NCBI GenBank assembly: GCA_051294375.1
Contig: CM119266.1
Coordinates: 19,020,087-19,084,086, forward strand
Reading direction: 5' to 3'
DNA: 64,000 nt
Source: Paraspadella gotoi
Lineage: Eukaryota; Animalia; Chaetognatha
The notes beneath the pieces were generated by a model. It searched no databases. It was not told the origin of the DNA and saw only the letters and a list, made by a program, of their open reading frames with translations. A program made the translations under genes and the position numbers. How positions within the stretch are numbered: position 1 is the first letter of the stretch; every line of letters starts with the position of its first letter. Of the stretch, positions 24,901 through 38,600 are shown piece after piece.

Positions 24901-27900
24901 AAGAGGATGAGGTTGAACGCGGAAATTGGGGCAATCAACTGGAATTCGTTTTGACCTGCGTTTCCTATGCCGTGGGACTCGGAAATGTCTGGCGTTTCCC
25001 TTATCTGTGCTACAAGAATGGGGGTGGAGCTTTCTTGGTTCCTTACCTCATCATGCTGGTCATCGCCGGACTACCCATCTTCTTTATGGAAATGGCTTTC
25101 GGTCAATTCGCTTCTTTGGGACCAATAAGTATCTGGCGTTGCTGTCCTCTGATGAAAGGACTCGGATATGGAATGGTCATGGTCAGTGCGTACATCTGCA
25201 TCTACTTTGCTGTTCTCATCAGCTACATTCTCTTTTTCTTCTTTGCATCCTTCACGACTGAGCTGCCGTGGATCAACTGCAACAACACGTGGAATTCAAA
25301 TGATTGTGCGCTTAGAGCGCATCACTATATGCCCAATGCCACTGACGTCAAATTGAATTTAACGACGCCCACCGAAGAATATTTTTTTCGCAATGTCCTA
25401 AATTTAAGCTCTGGCATCGACGACCTCGGCCCTCCGGAGTGGCGCCTCACGATGCTGCTACTCTTATGCTGGTCGCTGACTTGCATGGGTTTGATCAAAG
25501 GCGTCCAGAGTTTGGGAAAAGTCTCTTATTTCACCGCCTTCTTTCCATACATCTTGATCACAACCTTAGTTATTCGTGGTTCCATGCTGGAGGGTGCAAG
25601 AGATGGCATTCTATTTTACATCACGCCTCGCTGGGCAAAGCTGAAGGAGCCACAAGTCTGGGCAGATGCCGCTATTCAGATATTCTACTCTCTGGGCCCA
25701 TGTATGGGAACGCTAATCACGATGTCAAGTTTTAACAAGTTTAAGAACAACTGCTTGAAGAACGCCGTTACGGTCGCCTCCATCAATTGTTGCACATCCA
25801 TTTATGGTGGTTTTGCCATCTTCTCTGTTGTAGGTTTCATGGCCAAGCAAGCAAACGCCCCAATTGACAAGGTAGCATCGGCAGGACCTGGGCTGGCTTT
25901 CGTTGTATATCCCGAAGGTCTCTCCATGATGCCCGTTGCGCCTCTTTGGTCCGTTTTGTTCTTCTTTATGATGTTAACCATTGGCATGGGCTCTCTATTG
26001 TCGCAACTGGAGACCGTCATTTCTGCAGTTCAGGACGAGTGGCCTATCCTCAGGGTGAAGGGGACGTTGTTCAGAATCGGCGTCTGCATCGTGGGTTTCA
26101 TCATTGGCCTCCCTCAGGTCTGTCGTGGCGGATTTTATCTCTTAAATATCTTCGATAACTTTACCGGCGGCGTAAATCTACTGATCCTTGGCTTTACTGA
26201 GATATTTACCATAAATTACATATACGGATATGATCGTTTCGCCGAGGACATCTCCATGATGCTCGGCCAGAAGCCTAGTCTTTACTGGAAGATTTGCTGG
26301 AAGGGTGTCTCTCTAATCGCGGTAGCGGGAATTCTCCTGTTTCTCTGCATTATGTACGCGCCTCCGACATGCGGCTCTTACGAATATCCTACTTGGGCCA
26401 TAAACCTTGGTTGGATGCTGAGCTTATCTTCCGTCATTTGGCTTCCGTTATTGTTCATCAAGGTTAGCATTTGAAATTATCATTTCTTTTATACTACTTG
26501 ACTACTTGTCCATGTAAATGTAATGAAAAAAAAATTTAGCCAATGACTTTAGCTTTATGCGTACACAACCCTCCACTTTGTCGGTCCCACACCAAAATGT
26601 TGTCAGTAAATCACTTAAGTCATCTTAAAATATCGAATTTTTAAAAAAATGCCAAAAAATTGTCCCTCCGTCCATTGTATGGATATATCGAATAAAAATT
26701 TTGTTGGGATTAAACCATGATAACTCTAACTATCGAATTATATTTAAGAGGAAAGGTCATTCAACTTACCAATGCGTAATCCCTGATGTATTAGAGCTAA
26801 TACATCGAGAAATACATCGTAATCACCAAAAAAAGTTTTTATTTATATGTAAACATTCTGTTTTAAATATTTTTTTAAAATTGGTAAAGAGGAAAGGTCA
26901 TTCACCATAACAATGCGTAATCATTGTATATGTACTTGATTAGTTAATTGGACTAAGCTCTGACGAAAAAAGTCAGAGGTTTTTTTTAATATATTCTTTG
27001 ACCGGCCAATGTGTAGAGAATGATGGCCAATATTGCTTATTTTTAAGTTTCAAAAAATCCGACCATAAATATAGAAATATTAACCCAAATCTTCGGAAAA
27101 TCCACCCCTTCTTTGGTAAGATTTTCGCCATATAAGATTTTTTCCCTAGAATCTGACTCCCGGTTGAAAACTCTTAGATTTCCGATCGTTAGCTCATCTT
27201 TTACTTTTACTTTAATAAAAATTTCACTAAAATGGACTAATTCACTTTAACATGATCGTTCATATTAAAAATACAAAAATGAAAAGTAAAGAAAAAATTT
27301 GAGAGCCCTTCAGACATATTGCTATGAATTCCTGAATTTGAAGTTTATGTTAAAATGACAACATACCTTAAATGCGTTGACATTGTATGAAGTTTGAGAA
27401 ATCCCTTTATTATATATAAAAATTGCGTCAAAAATATTTTCCCGAGAGGCAAAAACCGTCCATTATCATGGTTCGATTAGTAAAATGATGGTTATTGTCA
27501 AGAGAACAAAAATGCGAGCCTTCAGTAACAGGATCGGAATCAAGTGTTTTTACATCTATTTTTACCTGAATTTTTCCCAGGGGCGTTGACATTATTTGGT
27601 AGTCAAATTTTAACGAAAATCTCATTGAAAAAGTCTTCCTCGATTTCTAAGAACGACGTAGACTCCTAAGCTAATACATCGAGAAATACATTATATCATC
27701 AGTACTCACAAAAAAATAAGTTTTTATTTTATGTAAACATTCTGTTTTTAATCATTTTTTTAAATCTGTAAATAACAAAATTGTCAAGTTAAACTGGTAA
27801 GACTAGGGTAGACGAGAATCTCGCTTAAAAAAAAAATCAACATTTTCTTAATAGAGAATTCCGTTCAAATCTGACTACCCAAATTGCAAACGCGTTTGCC

Positions 27901-30900
27901 AGAAATTCGGTTAAAAAACACTTGTAAAAACACACCGATTCGAGAGCGTTCATCTGAAGAGCTTGTCCTATTCATTTTATGGCATTTGATAATGGATTTA
28001 ATATCAAACAAGCCAGGGGAAATGCACTACTCATCTCCGGAGATTTTCAAACCTCATTTTTACTATAGAAATGAAAGGGAAAGTTTACAAACTTAAAATT
28101 GCAAACGGGATTGCTATATTTCTGTTACATGACGACTTCGAATTTCGCGATCTGATAGCTTTGTGTCTGAAGAGCTTGTCCTATTTTTCTTTTTTCATTT
28201 TATAATGATTTTGACATAAAATGATCAGGTTTAAATGAAATAGTTCGGTTTGAATCGCGAAATTTTTATTTAAAAAGAAATTAAAAGGAGGTTGAGAAAA
28301 AACTTATTTTTCTAATATCTTTTGAAGGAATAAATAAGGATGGTAATAGTACCAAAATGAAGCCATAATCATAGGCACATACAAGATACAATTTTAGAAT
28401 TACTTATGCTGAATCCTCCTTACAGGGTGAGTGTAAACTAAAGTCAAATTATAATGAATTTTAAAACTAATGACACCCTAAAAATAAATGAAAATTTAAT
28501 TCTTTTTAATGATTCTTGAAAGAAAAAGGCTAAATTTGTACTCTAGTAAAACTTTAAAGTTTTTTGGATAAAGAATGTGAATTTTTTGTCACTATAAATA
28601 TTTGCTTGTCTGATTTTACAAGCATGCTTACAAAATTCTACAAAATATTATTCCCCCATCACAGCCTAAGTATTTATCTTCTTTTCCACCAGCAAAAAGT
28701 AAACATTATTTTACTGCTAAGAAAAGGGATGTTTACTGAAATGAGCCGGAGACATTCAACTTCTTCACTTTAACTGTCATTTTTCAATAATAAAATAGGC
28801 GAATTTTTTAATTATTTAACTCTCACAGCTTCACAAACATTATACTTATTCATAATATCCCAATGTTAATGTAATTATATTTTTTTACCCTAGAAATCAT
28901 AAAAATACAGAAAGTTGTGGATTCCCTTCGCTCATTTAAGAAAAAAAAATTAACTAGCGGAATTTAAGTTTGTAAGAGAAGTCAGAATCAGCGAAAATCT
29001 TAAAAGGCGAGAATGTTGAAAAAAAGGGGTGGAATTTTGATGGGTTTCCTAAGATTTCTCCACAATGTGAGGTCCGATTAAAGCGAAACTTGAGATTTAC
29101 AATATTCCGTCATTCCACATCTATCGATATAAAAATATAAGAAAAAAGTCACTGGCTTCTTTTTCTATAGCGGCTTCCTAACTAGGGTGAAGTGAAAGTT
29201 TTGGAATTAAAATTTAGCAATTATATCTTAAAAACTATCATATTATTGAATACTAATCTGTTAGTTATTTTCCTTTTTTTACAAATATAGTAGCCCAGTC
29301 AGCTTATTTTGTATATAGTATACCCTTATATAATGTCAAAATTTTAAAATGGTTTTTTTTTTATTTCTGAGAACAGATTCAGATTCCTCGTTAAAAGTTG
29401 ATAAAAGAAAATATAAATCTTTTTCAAAAATTATATCATTAAGTAGGTAAAATTACAAAAAACTATATTTTTAAGCTGGAAATTAAAAATCGGTATCTTA
29501 AATATAGTTTTTTACATTTTTGACTAACTTAATGAAAGATTTTTTAAAAAAGAATTTATGACATTATGTATATATTTCTTTTTCGTTGTTTTTGAGGTAT
29601 TAGGAAAAAGTTTGTTTGACAACGATTTTATTTGACACAATTTTTAGTCAGACATGTTTCGGCTCTTTCATTTAGAGCCTTCAACACTGATGAAGGCTCT
29701 AAATGAAAGAGCCGAAACATGTCTGACTAAAAATTGTGTCAAATAAAATCGTTGTCAAACAAAACTGTTTTTCCTAAAAAAGAATTATACTTTATCCAAA
29801 TCCGATCTAAAAATTAGAAAATTTGTATTTTAAAATTTTAGCCTATTATATACTTATTATATATAAAATATAGCTCACTGGTGTCCACTAATTATAAAAT
29901 TAAAAAATAATTTACCAAAGTATTTTTAATGGTTTTTATGTTTAATGTTTTATATGCTAATTTTAATTTTCTAAAATTTTATCATTTTCACATCACTCTA
30001 GTAAGCACATTTTAAAAGATTTGTTTTTTAATCTGGTTGTTAAAAAATTCTAGTTAGAAGTTAAACACAGTAAGGGATAATTTAGAAGGGGAGAATTAAA
30101 CAATTAATCTTATTACTCTGTTGGTTTTCCAGTCATGAACAAAATCTACAGTTAAATAGATGGTAAAAAAATTCGAGCTACAATGAATCTCCACTGAATT
30201 TGAAGAGTTGCAATAATATTGAATTAAAAATTTGATGGGCAATCTTAAAAACATTTGTAAAAATGTAATAGAGAGTCATTTTGATAAACTCGTTACAGTT
30301 AGGAAGAATTCAGGGTAAAAGTTAAAAAACGTTTCATTTTTAAGGATACAAGTTGAAATTTAAAAATGTCTCTCTATTACATTTTTCTAATTCAGTAATA
30401 AAAAATTCATAAAAAATATCAGATGGCTTTTTCGTTTGACCTGCAACTCTTCAGATAGGTTTCTTTTATTTTATGAAATTGGTACAACCAATATAAAAAT
30501 TATCCATTCATATATTATTATTATTATATTCATATATTATAATTAAAACCGATATAAAATGGCGTAGAATGCATCAAATGTTAGATATTTTTTTTAATAA
30601 TAATGTCATCAGAATTGCGCCTGGTCAAGTGAGCTAGAGAAGCGAAGGTCGCCATGCCTCTCTGTAGTTGTGGATAGCCCCCAGAGGGTCTGGGAGAATT
30701 GTTAAACCGGCACGTCGCTCTTATGCAAGGACCGTTCGGACTATTTGGTTCGGAAAAGCATTAGCTCAGTGCGCTATCACGGCGGATGGATGGATGGATG
30801 CACGGAACAGTGTCATCCGACGAGTAGTGATATGATGTCACTACACTGCTACTTAATTGAAACGTTCTTTTTCTTTCCTTTCTTTTCCTTTTTTTCAATT

Positions 30901-31480
30901 TTTTATTTTCCTTTTTCTTTGTCTTTCGTTTTTTTTCTTTCTTTCTCTTATTCCTTTTTTTTTTTTCTCGCTTCTTCGCGCGAATTTTAACTTAACCCTT
31001 TAATGATTAATCCTTTAATGATCAAATTTTTTGGGCGGACTGCAGGTTTATTGCGTGCGAACTGGAATGTGGCAAGAAATTCAGGCTCTCAGCAATCCTG
31101 AGGACGCTTGGGGACCCGCAAACGAAGAAGATCGCTCTGGCCGTTATGTTTGTAACGAAGATGACGACGAAGCCGGTCAAGAGGGTATTTTTTTTCATAC
31201 CCAGTTATGGTTTTGATTTTATGAAATTCTTAATCATTTTTTTTGAACAGATGATGCTGAGGATTGCGTAGAAAAACCACCGCGCCAGAAGTTCCCTGGT
31301 CCGCGTTACGCTATGTCTCTTTTCCCGATGAGCAGCGGGGCTGGGCGTCCACTCGACATCGATTTTATGAATAGCCCAAGGAAGACCGTCAACCAAAGCA
31401 TGACCCGCGAGGACTCGGCCGTATCCAGCTTCGCACCGATGTCTTCAATTCATTCCTCTACCCGTCTTTTTAAGGAATGA
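21937..31480 (+). CDS. SLC6 sodium:neurotransmitter symporter, amino-acid (GlyT/PROT-like) branch. Exons 21937-22198, 24898-26462, 31046-31184, 31251-31480
   Basis: Motifs ERGNWGNQLEFVLTCVSYAVGLGNVWRFPYLCYKNGGGAFLVPY, ELPWINCNNTWN, QIFYSLG, GPGLAFVVYPE, YWKICW and WGPA. About 12 hydrophobic segments; splice phases agree. Confidence 0.95.
23041..24600. mobile_element. Cluster of three DINE-1/HINE-like copies (23041-23730; 23732-24390 in opposite orientation; 24390-24600 partial)
   Basis: These share the end block and the cccacacacaaaattt / ggacggacagac motifs of 11211-12590. Further fragments at ~1475, ~14670-14790, ~35066 and 39302-39655. Confidence 0.7.
29600..29777. repeat. Near-perfect ~178-bp palindrome homologous to 17401-17577
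   Basis: Perfect arms gtttgacaacgattttatttgacacaatttttagtcagacatgtttcggctctttcatttagagccttca and its reverse complement. Confidence 0.92.
29687..29723 (+). ncRNA. Minimal type I hammerhead ribozyme core with palindromic stem III
   Basis: CTGATGA-A-GGCTCT-aaatgaa-AGAGCC-GAA-ACATGT-C, giving a GUC cleavage triplet. AATAAA lies ~19 nt downstream. Confidence 0.7.
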
Positions 31481-32689
31481 AAAAACATAGTAATTACCGA
31501 ATAAGATTTGTGTGCCAAAGAGATAAATTAATGCATTACCATCAATTCTCAGATTATTCTTCATAGCTTTTTATCTCCTTGAGTTTTCCTAATTTTTTTC
31601 TTTCATTGATATAGAACTTGTAGATATTATGAAAATCTACAGTTTTCAGTATAATTTTCTCCCAGTGTAGTTAATTTACTCAATAACTACGTATCTTGGT
31701 TTTTTTTTTAATTAATTAATAAGTTTCTCGTAAGAAAGGTAGTATGGATTAAAAATTTAAATGCTTTTGTTTTAAAAAGCGATTTTTTAATCGTGGTTTC
31801 TTTATTTTTTATTTGTAAGAAATTAAAAGTGGAATCAATAAAAAGTAATCTTTCAAGTTTCGATGTTCACTTTTTTTAGTGCATTCTATTGAGTAATAGC
31901 GTATGTAGTTTCATATTTACTCATATTTCATATTATATCGTCGCAATCGCTGGCGCTTTAGACGATTTTAGGAAAATGGTCCATATAAACGTCATTGTCG
32001 TTGTTATCGTTGGCGTTCCAAATTATAGATGGCCTTTTTATATATTATTTGAAATTGTATGAAGCTGAAAATTTAGATAATAGATATGGCTTATCATCTT
32101 TATAAAAACGTTATATTTCTAATGTTTGATCTACTATAGATTCCCTACACAGTATGACATTCTGTAATATGCAAATTAGTAGCCATGGTATAATTAGTAT
32201 ATAGTATTAGTATATAATATCACTTGGGATATATATATATATTGGGTTTAAAAAGCCGAAATCCATGAAGAGTATAGGTTCCCAAAAAAATATTACAAAA
32301 GAAATAATTAAAAAGTAGGATAATGTAATTTATATTAACATATTCTAAAATTTTGTTCATGATATAAAGGTGCCCCTATAAACACCTCTCCTCATTGAAA
32401 AAATCTTCCTCGATCTTTAAGAACGACGTCAGCTCCTAAGTAAAGCCTTTTTTGAGTATCAAAGTTTGTCATAGGTCCAGATTTTTTTCATGTGATTGCG
32501 ACGATCCTTATGCTTGTAAGATTTTTCAACTATATTTTCGTCCGTCTATGTATAATGTATATGCAAAAGTACTCTCCGAGCCAGAAAACTATGCATCTTT
32601 TTAAAATATTTGTCGCCCATATTTGGTATTATAATTTGGTATATAGAAATTAACCTGAAATTATTAAATTAATTACTGCTAACATTGGA

Positions 32690-32938
32690 GAAATTTGACA
32701 TTTTTTTTATTTTTGATAGCGAAATTTTTGACAACATGAGATACTATTGTTATTAAGTACAAAAAATATTTTGTTCATATAGTTTGGGGAACAGAACTGA
32801 AAAATGCAATATATTTATGGCTTTATTCTTATAAAAATAGTAAATTTTCAAACAAAATTTTATTAAAGATTCAAGTTCCTCTTAAAAACCATGTTGTCAA
32901 AAATTTCGCAATCAAAAATAGAAAAAGTCAAATTTCTA
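32690..32938. mobile_element. Small MITE-like inverted repeat
   Basis: agaaatttgac...tttgatagcgaaatttttgacaacatg / catgttgtcaaaaatttcgcaatcaaa...gtcaaatttct. Confidence 0.65.
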
Positions 32939-35145
32939 TATTTTTGTATTCTCTGTTGTAGAAACTATAATGTGATGAAACATTTTCGTCACTTTTCCAA
33001 GCCTTCACCTTAAAATATCATAAACATACTTTTTTCTAACGAATTCGAATATGTTCTTAAAGTTAAAAATTTATAAGAAGAAAAAACTCGATTTACGATG
33101 CTGTGATGCTCAAAAAAATTTTTAAGGGTTCAAAAATATTATTAGCTCGCTCAATTTTTTCATCGCTCCATCCTATCATTGGTTAGTAGCTCTCAAAAAG
33201 TTAACAATTATTTTTAAAATAAACGAATTGGTAACATGTTTTTAAAAAAATTAAGTTATCATTAAACTCTGAAACCATTGAATTCTAAAACCATCAATTT
33301 TGATCTTTGTTTAAAAGTTTTCTACAGTGCTATGGAGATTATTTTTTATTTCATGTTATCATCTCAAAATTCTAGTATTAATTTTCTTCAAACACCTTGA
33401 AAGCGACGGAGGAGTAGGTCCTGATTTAAAAAAAATACTCTTCGAAAACTGTGATGACAGTTTAAATTTATCCTTGGTTTTCTTTTATTTCTTTTGTTTG
33501 TAATATGAAAGTTTTTTGAAAGATTAATGGTAGTCAAATTCGTCTATTATTAAGTATAGCAACTGATATTTTAGATTTTGTAAACATGAAACAAATGTTT
33601 AATTTGCATGTCATGTATTTCATGCATATGTGTGTGAGTTAATGACATATCAATTTCAACAATCATATCGTGCCAACTTTCCAATTTTTAGTATGATCCT
33701 AAAAATATATGCTTGCTTAATAATCAATTTAGATGCATTTAATTTATTTGCAGATAGAACTTGAAGAGACAGAATGCATTAAAATTCAAAGATTTTACCT
33801 TAATACCAAGGACTTTCTGATTTTGCTTTAATCGTAAATTTCCATGTAATACTACATTAATATGATAAAACACTTGGTAGAGTAGAGTAAGACTTCATAT
33901 CTGAAATAAACTTTCAAACATTTTCTTATATGACTTTAATTACTTCATAACACTTGCGTTTAATCTTTTAATTAATTTTATTATTTATTCATAGGAAATG
34001 CAATAACGGCAACAAAATATATTTTTTTTAAAGAATCGATTGAGATAGCTAATGAAAAGTTATGTGAAAAACACACCTTAAAAAGATTATTATCATCTTA
34101 CGATGATTTTGCCGATTGTAACAATAATTCTTTTATATATTTAATTGTATTTTTAGCTCTTATCAGAATTCAGCAAACAATTTTCATGCATTATATTTAT
34201 AATAAGAAATAAAATATACTTAACCAATTATGATTGAAGGAAATATTTTTTGAAAATAAATAATTATTAAAGCATAATTGATAAATGAACGATACCCTTA
34301 GGCATAGGGGATTTGGTCAACTGGTACAAAATCTTAAATCTTTCCGCGAGAGTAATCTTAAAAAATTTGTATCTATTCATATTTTTTTAAGTGTTTAAGC
34401 AGGTACTCAATTCAAATTTCTTAACAACCTTACTGATTTGAAATCAAATACTGTAGTCTGTATTATTTTATTTTTATTTTATATATGGTTAGAAATATGA
34501 AATATAACGATGATTCGCATGAGTCCCACCAGAGTGTTCTAGTCATTCAAGGCTTTTATTATTGTTTTCGCGAACAAAAGCTAAAATTGAGTCCGTTGAT
34601 ATGTCTGAATATTTATTTTCGTCGTTGTAACCGTTTTCTTTTCATCTTTTTCTAATTCTAACGTTTATAATTTATAATTATAATTTATATATTTCTCTCG
34701 AAAGGCCAGAGGAGCCTCATTATTTGGGACTTTCACATTGAATTTTTTAAGTATGTCTTGGTGAAATGGCTAGATCTGTAAAGTATAAAGTATGTCTTTC
34801 TATATTTATGAGCTTTGTTTATCATGATCTTCCTTCGGATAAATATTTATTTTCCTTCAAACAATTAAAATATTATTCACCAGAGTGTTTTAATATTGAA
34901 TTATTGTTTTGAGTTTTCATTTTTTCCTCTTGTCAATTTTTTTTTTTAATTCGTTAACGAGAGTTCTTAGTAATTATTTTCAAAATATCTGTTTTATGAC
35001 TAATTGCGCTCGCTAGAAATTTTCTTTTTTAACTAGGTAGTTATCCGTTTTCTACTGACAATCAAAAGTTTGAACAAACAATGTTGCTGTTGGATCTGTC
35101 CACGATAATTTAGATAATTTGCAAAGTTAATCACGGTTCTTTTTA

Positions 35146-35155
35146 NNNNNNNNNN
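35146..35155. other. Assembly gap (10 N)
   Basis: Run of n, next to a DINE-like end. Confidence 1.
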
Positions 35156-35625
35156 AAAAGCAAACATAACATGAAAAAAGTGGATCAATAACAAGGTTAA
35201 AAACAAGACTAAACAAGGAGATGACCATTGACCAGGGTTATGATGGAGTTGTTCCTAGTTTTTGTTGTTGTTATTGTTGCATATAAGGAAACAATTTAGA
35301 AGGTCATTCAATCAAAATAAAATTATTTACATAATTGATAGTTGAAAAAATATGTAATTTCAACTTTTAAAAAAATTTACAGATTAGTTTGGAACAATCT
35401 GTTTTAATTTAAAAATATATTTTCCACCACAGTAATCATTATAACACTAATTATCTATTAATATTATGTTGTAAAAAGACAATTTAATATTCCAGTTTTC
35501 GGCTTCGAGTACTGTCAAATCATTTGTATATCTCGGTTTTTTTCGCATTATTTCAGGGTCCTCAATAACCAGTTGAGCTAAATCTCTATGTCTGTGTGTC
35601 ATAAACTCAACGCTCTGCTAGCTAG

Positions 35626-38600
35626 ATGTCGCCTCCCAGCGGTGCCGCGGTGAATCCCATCCCCGATTCAACGCCACAGAATCCTGACTTTCATCTAAAT
35701 TGGCGTGATCAGTGTGAAAGCCGTTCGCGCGGCGCCGGACCCCAGATTCAGACGAGCACGCCGCGAACTCGAAATACTGAATCTGGGGTTCATTTAGTGG
35801 AAGTGACGCGATGCTGCCGATTGGCTCGATGGTTGCCTATTCTTCGAGGTACCAAAATTTGGTGCGTTCAGGTAAAGTTGGCTTATTGTACTTTATTTTT
35901 TGGCTTATTGATTTTATTTCATCATTTATGATAATTTATTTTATCAATTTTTTGAGAATTAAAAAAAAAACGAAGAATTGCCTTATAGGCTTATATTTAT
36001 AAAGCGATGAACAGCAATATTTGATACATACATATAGTTATAAATTTCAACTGATTTTTAAATTTGATATAATTTTTATAAAATTTTAAACAGAACTTTT
36101 CCTTATCGGGCTTATGCTTTGTTCACTGTCTTTTTTCTTTATACTTTATAGTTAAGTAGAGTTTTGATCCAACTATCCTAGGATATTTGCGGTATGGTCT
36201 GTGCCATTTTGACTTGGATTTTGATCTCCTACGCCTTTTTCGTTGTTGTTTTTGTGATACTCCTGCCCGACATCGAAACTTTCTACAACTTCGCCAACGT
36301 ACTCCTCTTCGTCTCATTAGCTTTTTTGGCTACGGTCTCGCATCTTAGAGCCATGATCACGGATCCAGTTCGTAAATTTGTATTACCTCTTGCTCATTTA
36401 AAAATATGTAATTAACTGACCTTATTTCACAATACAGGGTGCTATTCCCATGGGAAACGCGACTCAAGAGAATATCCAGCGTCTTGGTCTCAAAGGTGCT
36501 AATTTTAAATTAGATACCAAACAAAAGACAAAATTTCTGAAATCCGTAAGATTCTGATATTATGTGAACCTTATTTTTGCACAGATGGGCAAATCGTTTA
36601 CAAGTGTTCGAAATGCTGCAGCTTAAAGCCAGAGAGAGCGCATCACTGCAGCGTTTGCCAAAGATGCATTCGTAAAATGGATCATCACTGCCCTTGGGTC
36701 AACAACTGCGTTGGCGAAAATAACCAGAAATACTTCGTCTTGTTCACAGTTAGTTTGGTTCTGTTGGCGACTTGGCATATATTTTAAATTGGATATTAAC
36801 TAATTAAGGAAACCTTTATTTCTCCCTTAGTTTTACATCGCTTTGATTTCTATTCACTCCATCATTCTGGTCATTTTTCATTTTGTGACTTGCATGAAAA
36901 AAGAGTGGAAAGGTAAGGCGTGTTGCATGGTTACTAACCATTGGTTGGCTCGTTTAAACTGAAGTACGATGATCTGTTTTCATTAATTTATGTCATTGCC
37001 AGACGCAAAGTTGTCGCCGTGATTTGTTATTGCCCATATACAATATGGGACTATTAAAACAGTTACGTCAATTGAAAAGGTTAATAGTTTAAAAGGTACC
37101 AAAAAAAGTTGTTTTGACTCCTTTTTAATTATTTGAAGTGGTGTGCAAAAGTGATGAACAAATAAAAATAGGAAGTATTATGGAAGAAAAAACTGTCATA
37201 AGGTCATACTCAATGATCGTTTATTAATTTTAAAATATTATAATTCATGGTCACCAAGCATTTTTTTATTGATTTTTGCGCAGTGCGCACCTTTTTGGCT
37301 CGCAGAACTGCGGGAAAGACTCATTAATATTCTTTTTGCCAATCGACTAAATTTCTAATCGGCTGAAGCGCGGAAAAAATTGTGAGGCCGCTAATAAATT
37401 ATAAAAGAAAATTAATGTAAATACTTACACTAAAAGTTTTTAAAATTGGATAATTATTGAATAATTATTTTAACTAATATACTTTCCATAGTTTTCTAAA
37501 AAATCTATTTTAAGTTAAATTGATTTAACTTTTTGTTTCCATTTTTATTGAAATTGTATATTGTGTTTGTACATAATTATAACCTATAACAACGGTGTGA
37601 TTTAACTTTCATTCTTGTTTCATTATTGCTGATTTTAATGCAGTGCTGTACTTCCTAATAAACTTTTTAAGTACTCAAAGATAAAGAGTAAATCGTATCA
37701 ATATGCTTGGTAACGCAATGGACGTACTAAATCTTAATTTATTATTATTAGTTTTGTTAGACAATCTTTTAAACTTTTAAGAGGCTAAGGCGAGTTACTT
37801 TTCTTGAGCCTTTGTTTTGAGTGAAGTGATCGAGAGGAGATTCGGTCGCCTTGCATCTCTGACGGTTCGGATAACCCCCACACTTAGTGTGCCCATTTGG
37901 TTTCGTAAAATTGTTCATCAATTGTTTCGCTACTCATACTTAATAGCCACCGGGTCATTTGCATAATAATTTGAATAAGACTTCCAGTTCTAGCCCTGTC
38001 GGAACGAGCCTTGCAAAAGAGTGACCTGCCGGTTAAATTTTAACCGTTTGATCGCCGGTAAGCTACCGGATCTGGAGGCTTGCTACCTCAGAATCATAGT
38101 TCCGCAAAGCAAGTTGAAAGTTCTCCCTGATACACTGGAAACACTGGAGGCTAGCTAGTGGCTACACCGTCAGAGGAGCTTGGCAATCTCCTTTCCTATC
38201 GCCTATTTGTTAATTTGATCTTCTTTACCTGATGGTATTAAATTTTAAGGAATCTTCGTATTCAGGTTGCAGCTCGTACTCCCCACCGGCAACCGTCATT
38301 CTCATGATGTTTCTCATCTTTGAAGGCCTACTATTCTCAATATTTACAGCTGTTATGTTCTCAACGCAACTATCGGCAATATGCACTGATGAGACTGTAA
38401 GTATGCTCTCCATAATAATTATGTATTTGATATGCATTGATAATTTTCAAGGTCTTATTCTCTTTAATATTTTGTTACAAAATTTCCTAATTCTCCCATG
38501 TATGTTATTTGTGTGCATGTTGTAATGTTTGTGGTTGTAATGAAAATTGTTGCGGTTGTGGTGGTTATGGTTATTTTGATGTAGTGGTTATTGTAGTAAT

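Larger units (their letters stand above)
29183..30001. mobile_element. Degenerate inverted-repeat element hosting the hammerhead palindrome
   Basis: ctagggtgaagtgaaa...aattaaaatttagca / tgctaattttaatt...tttcacatcactctag. Confidence 0.5.
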
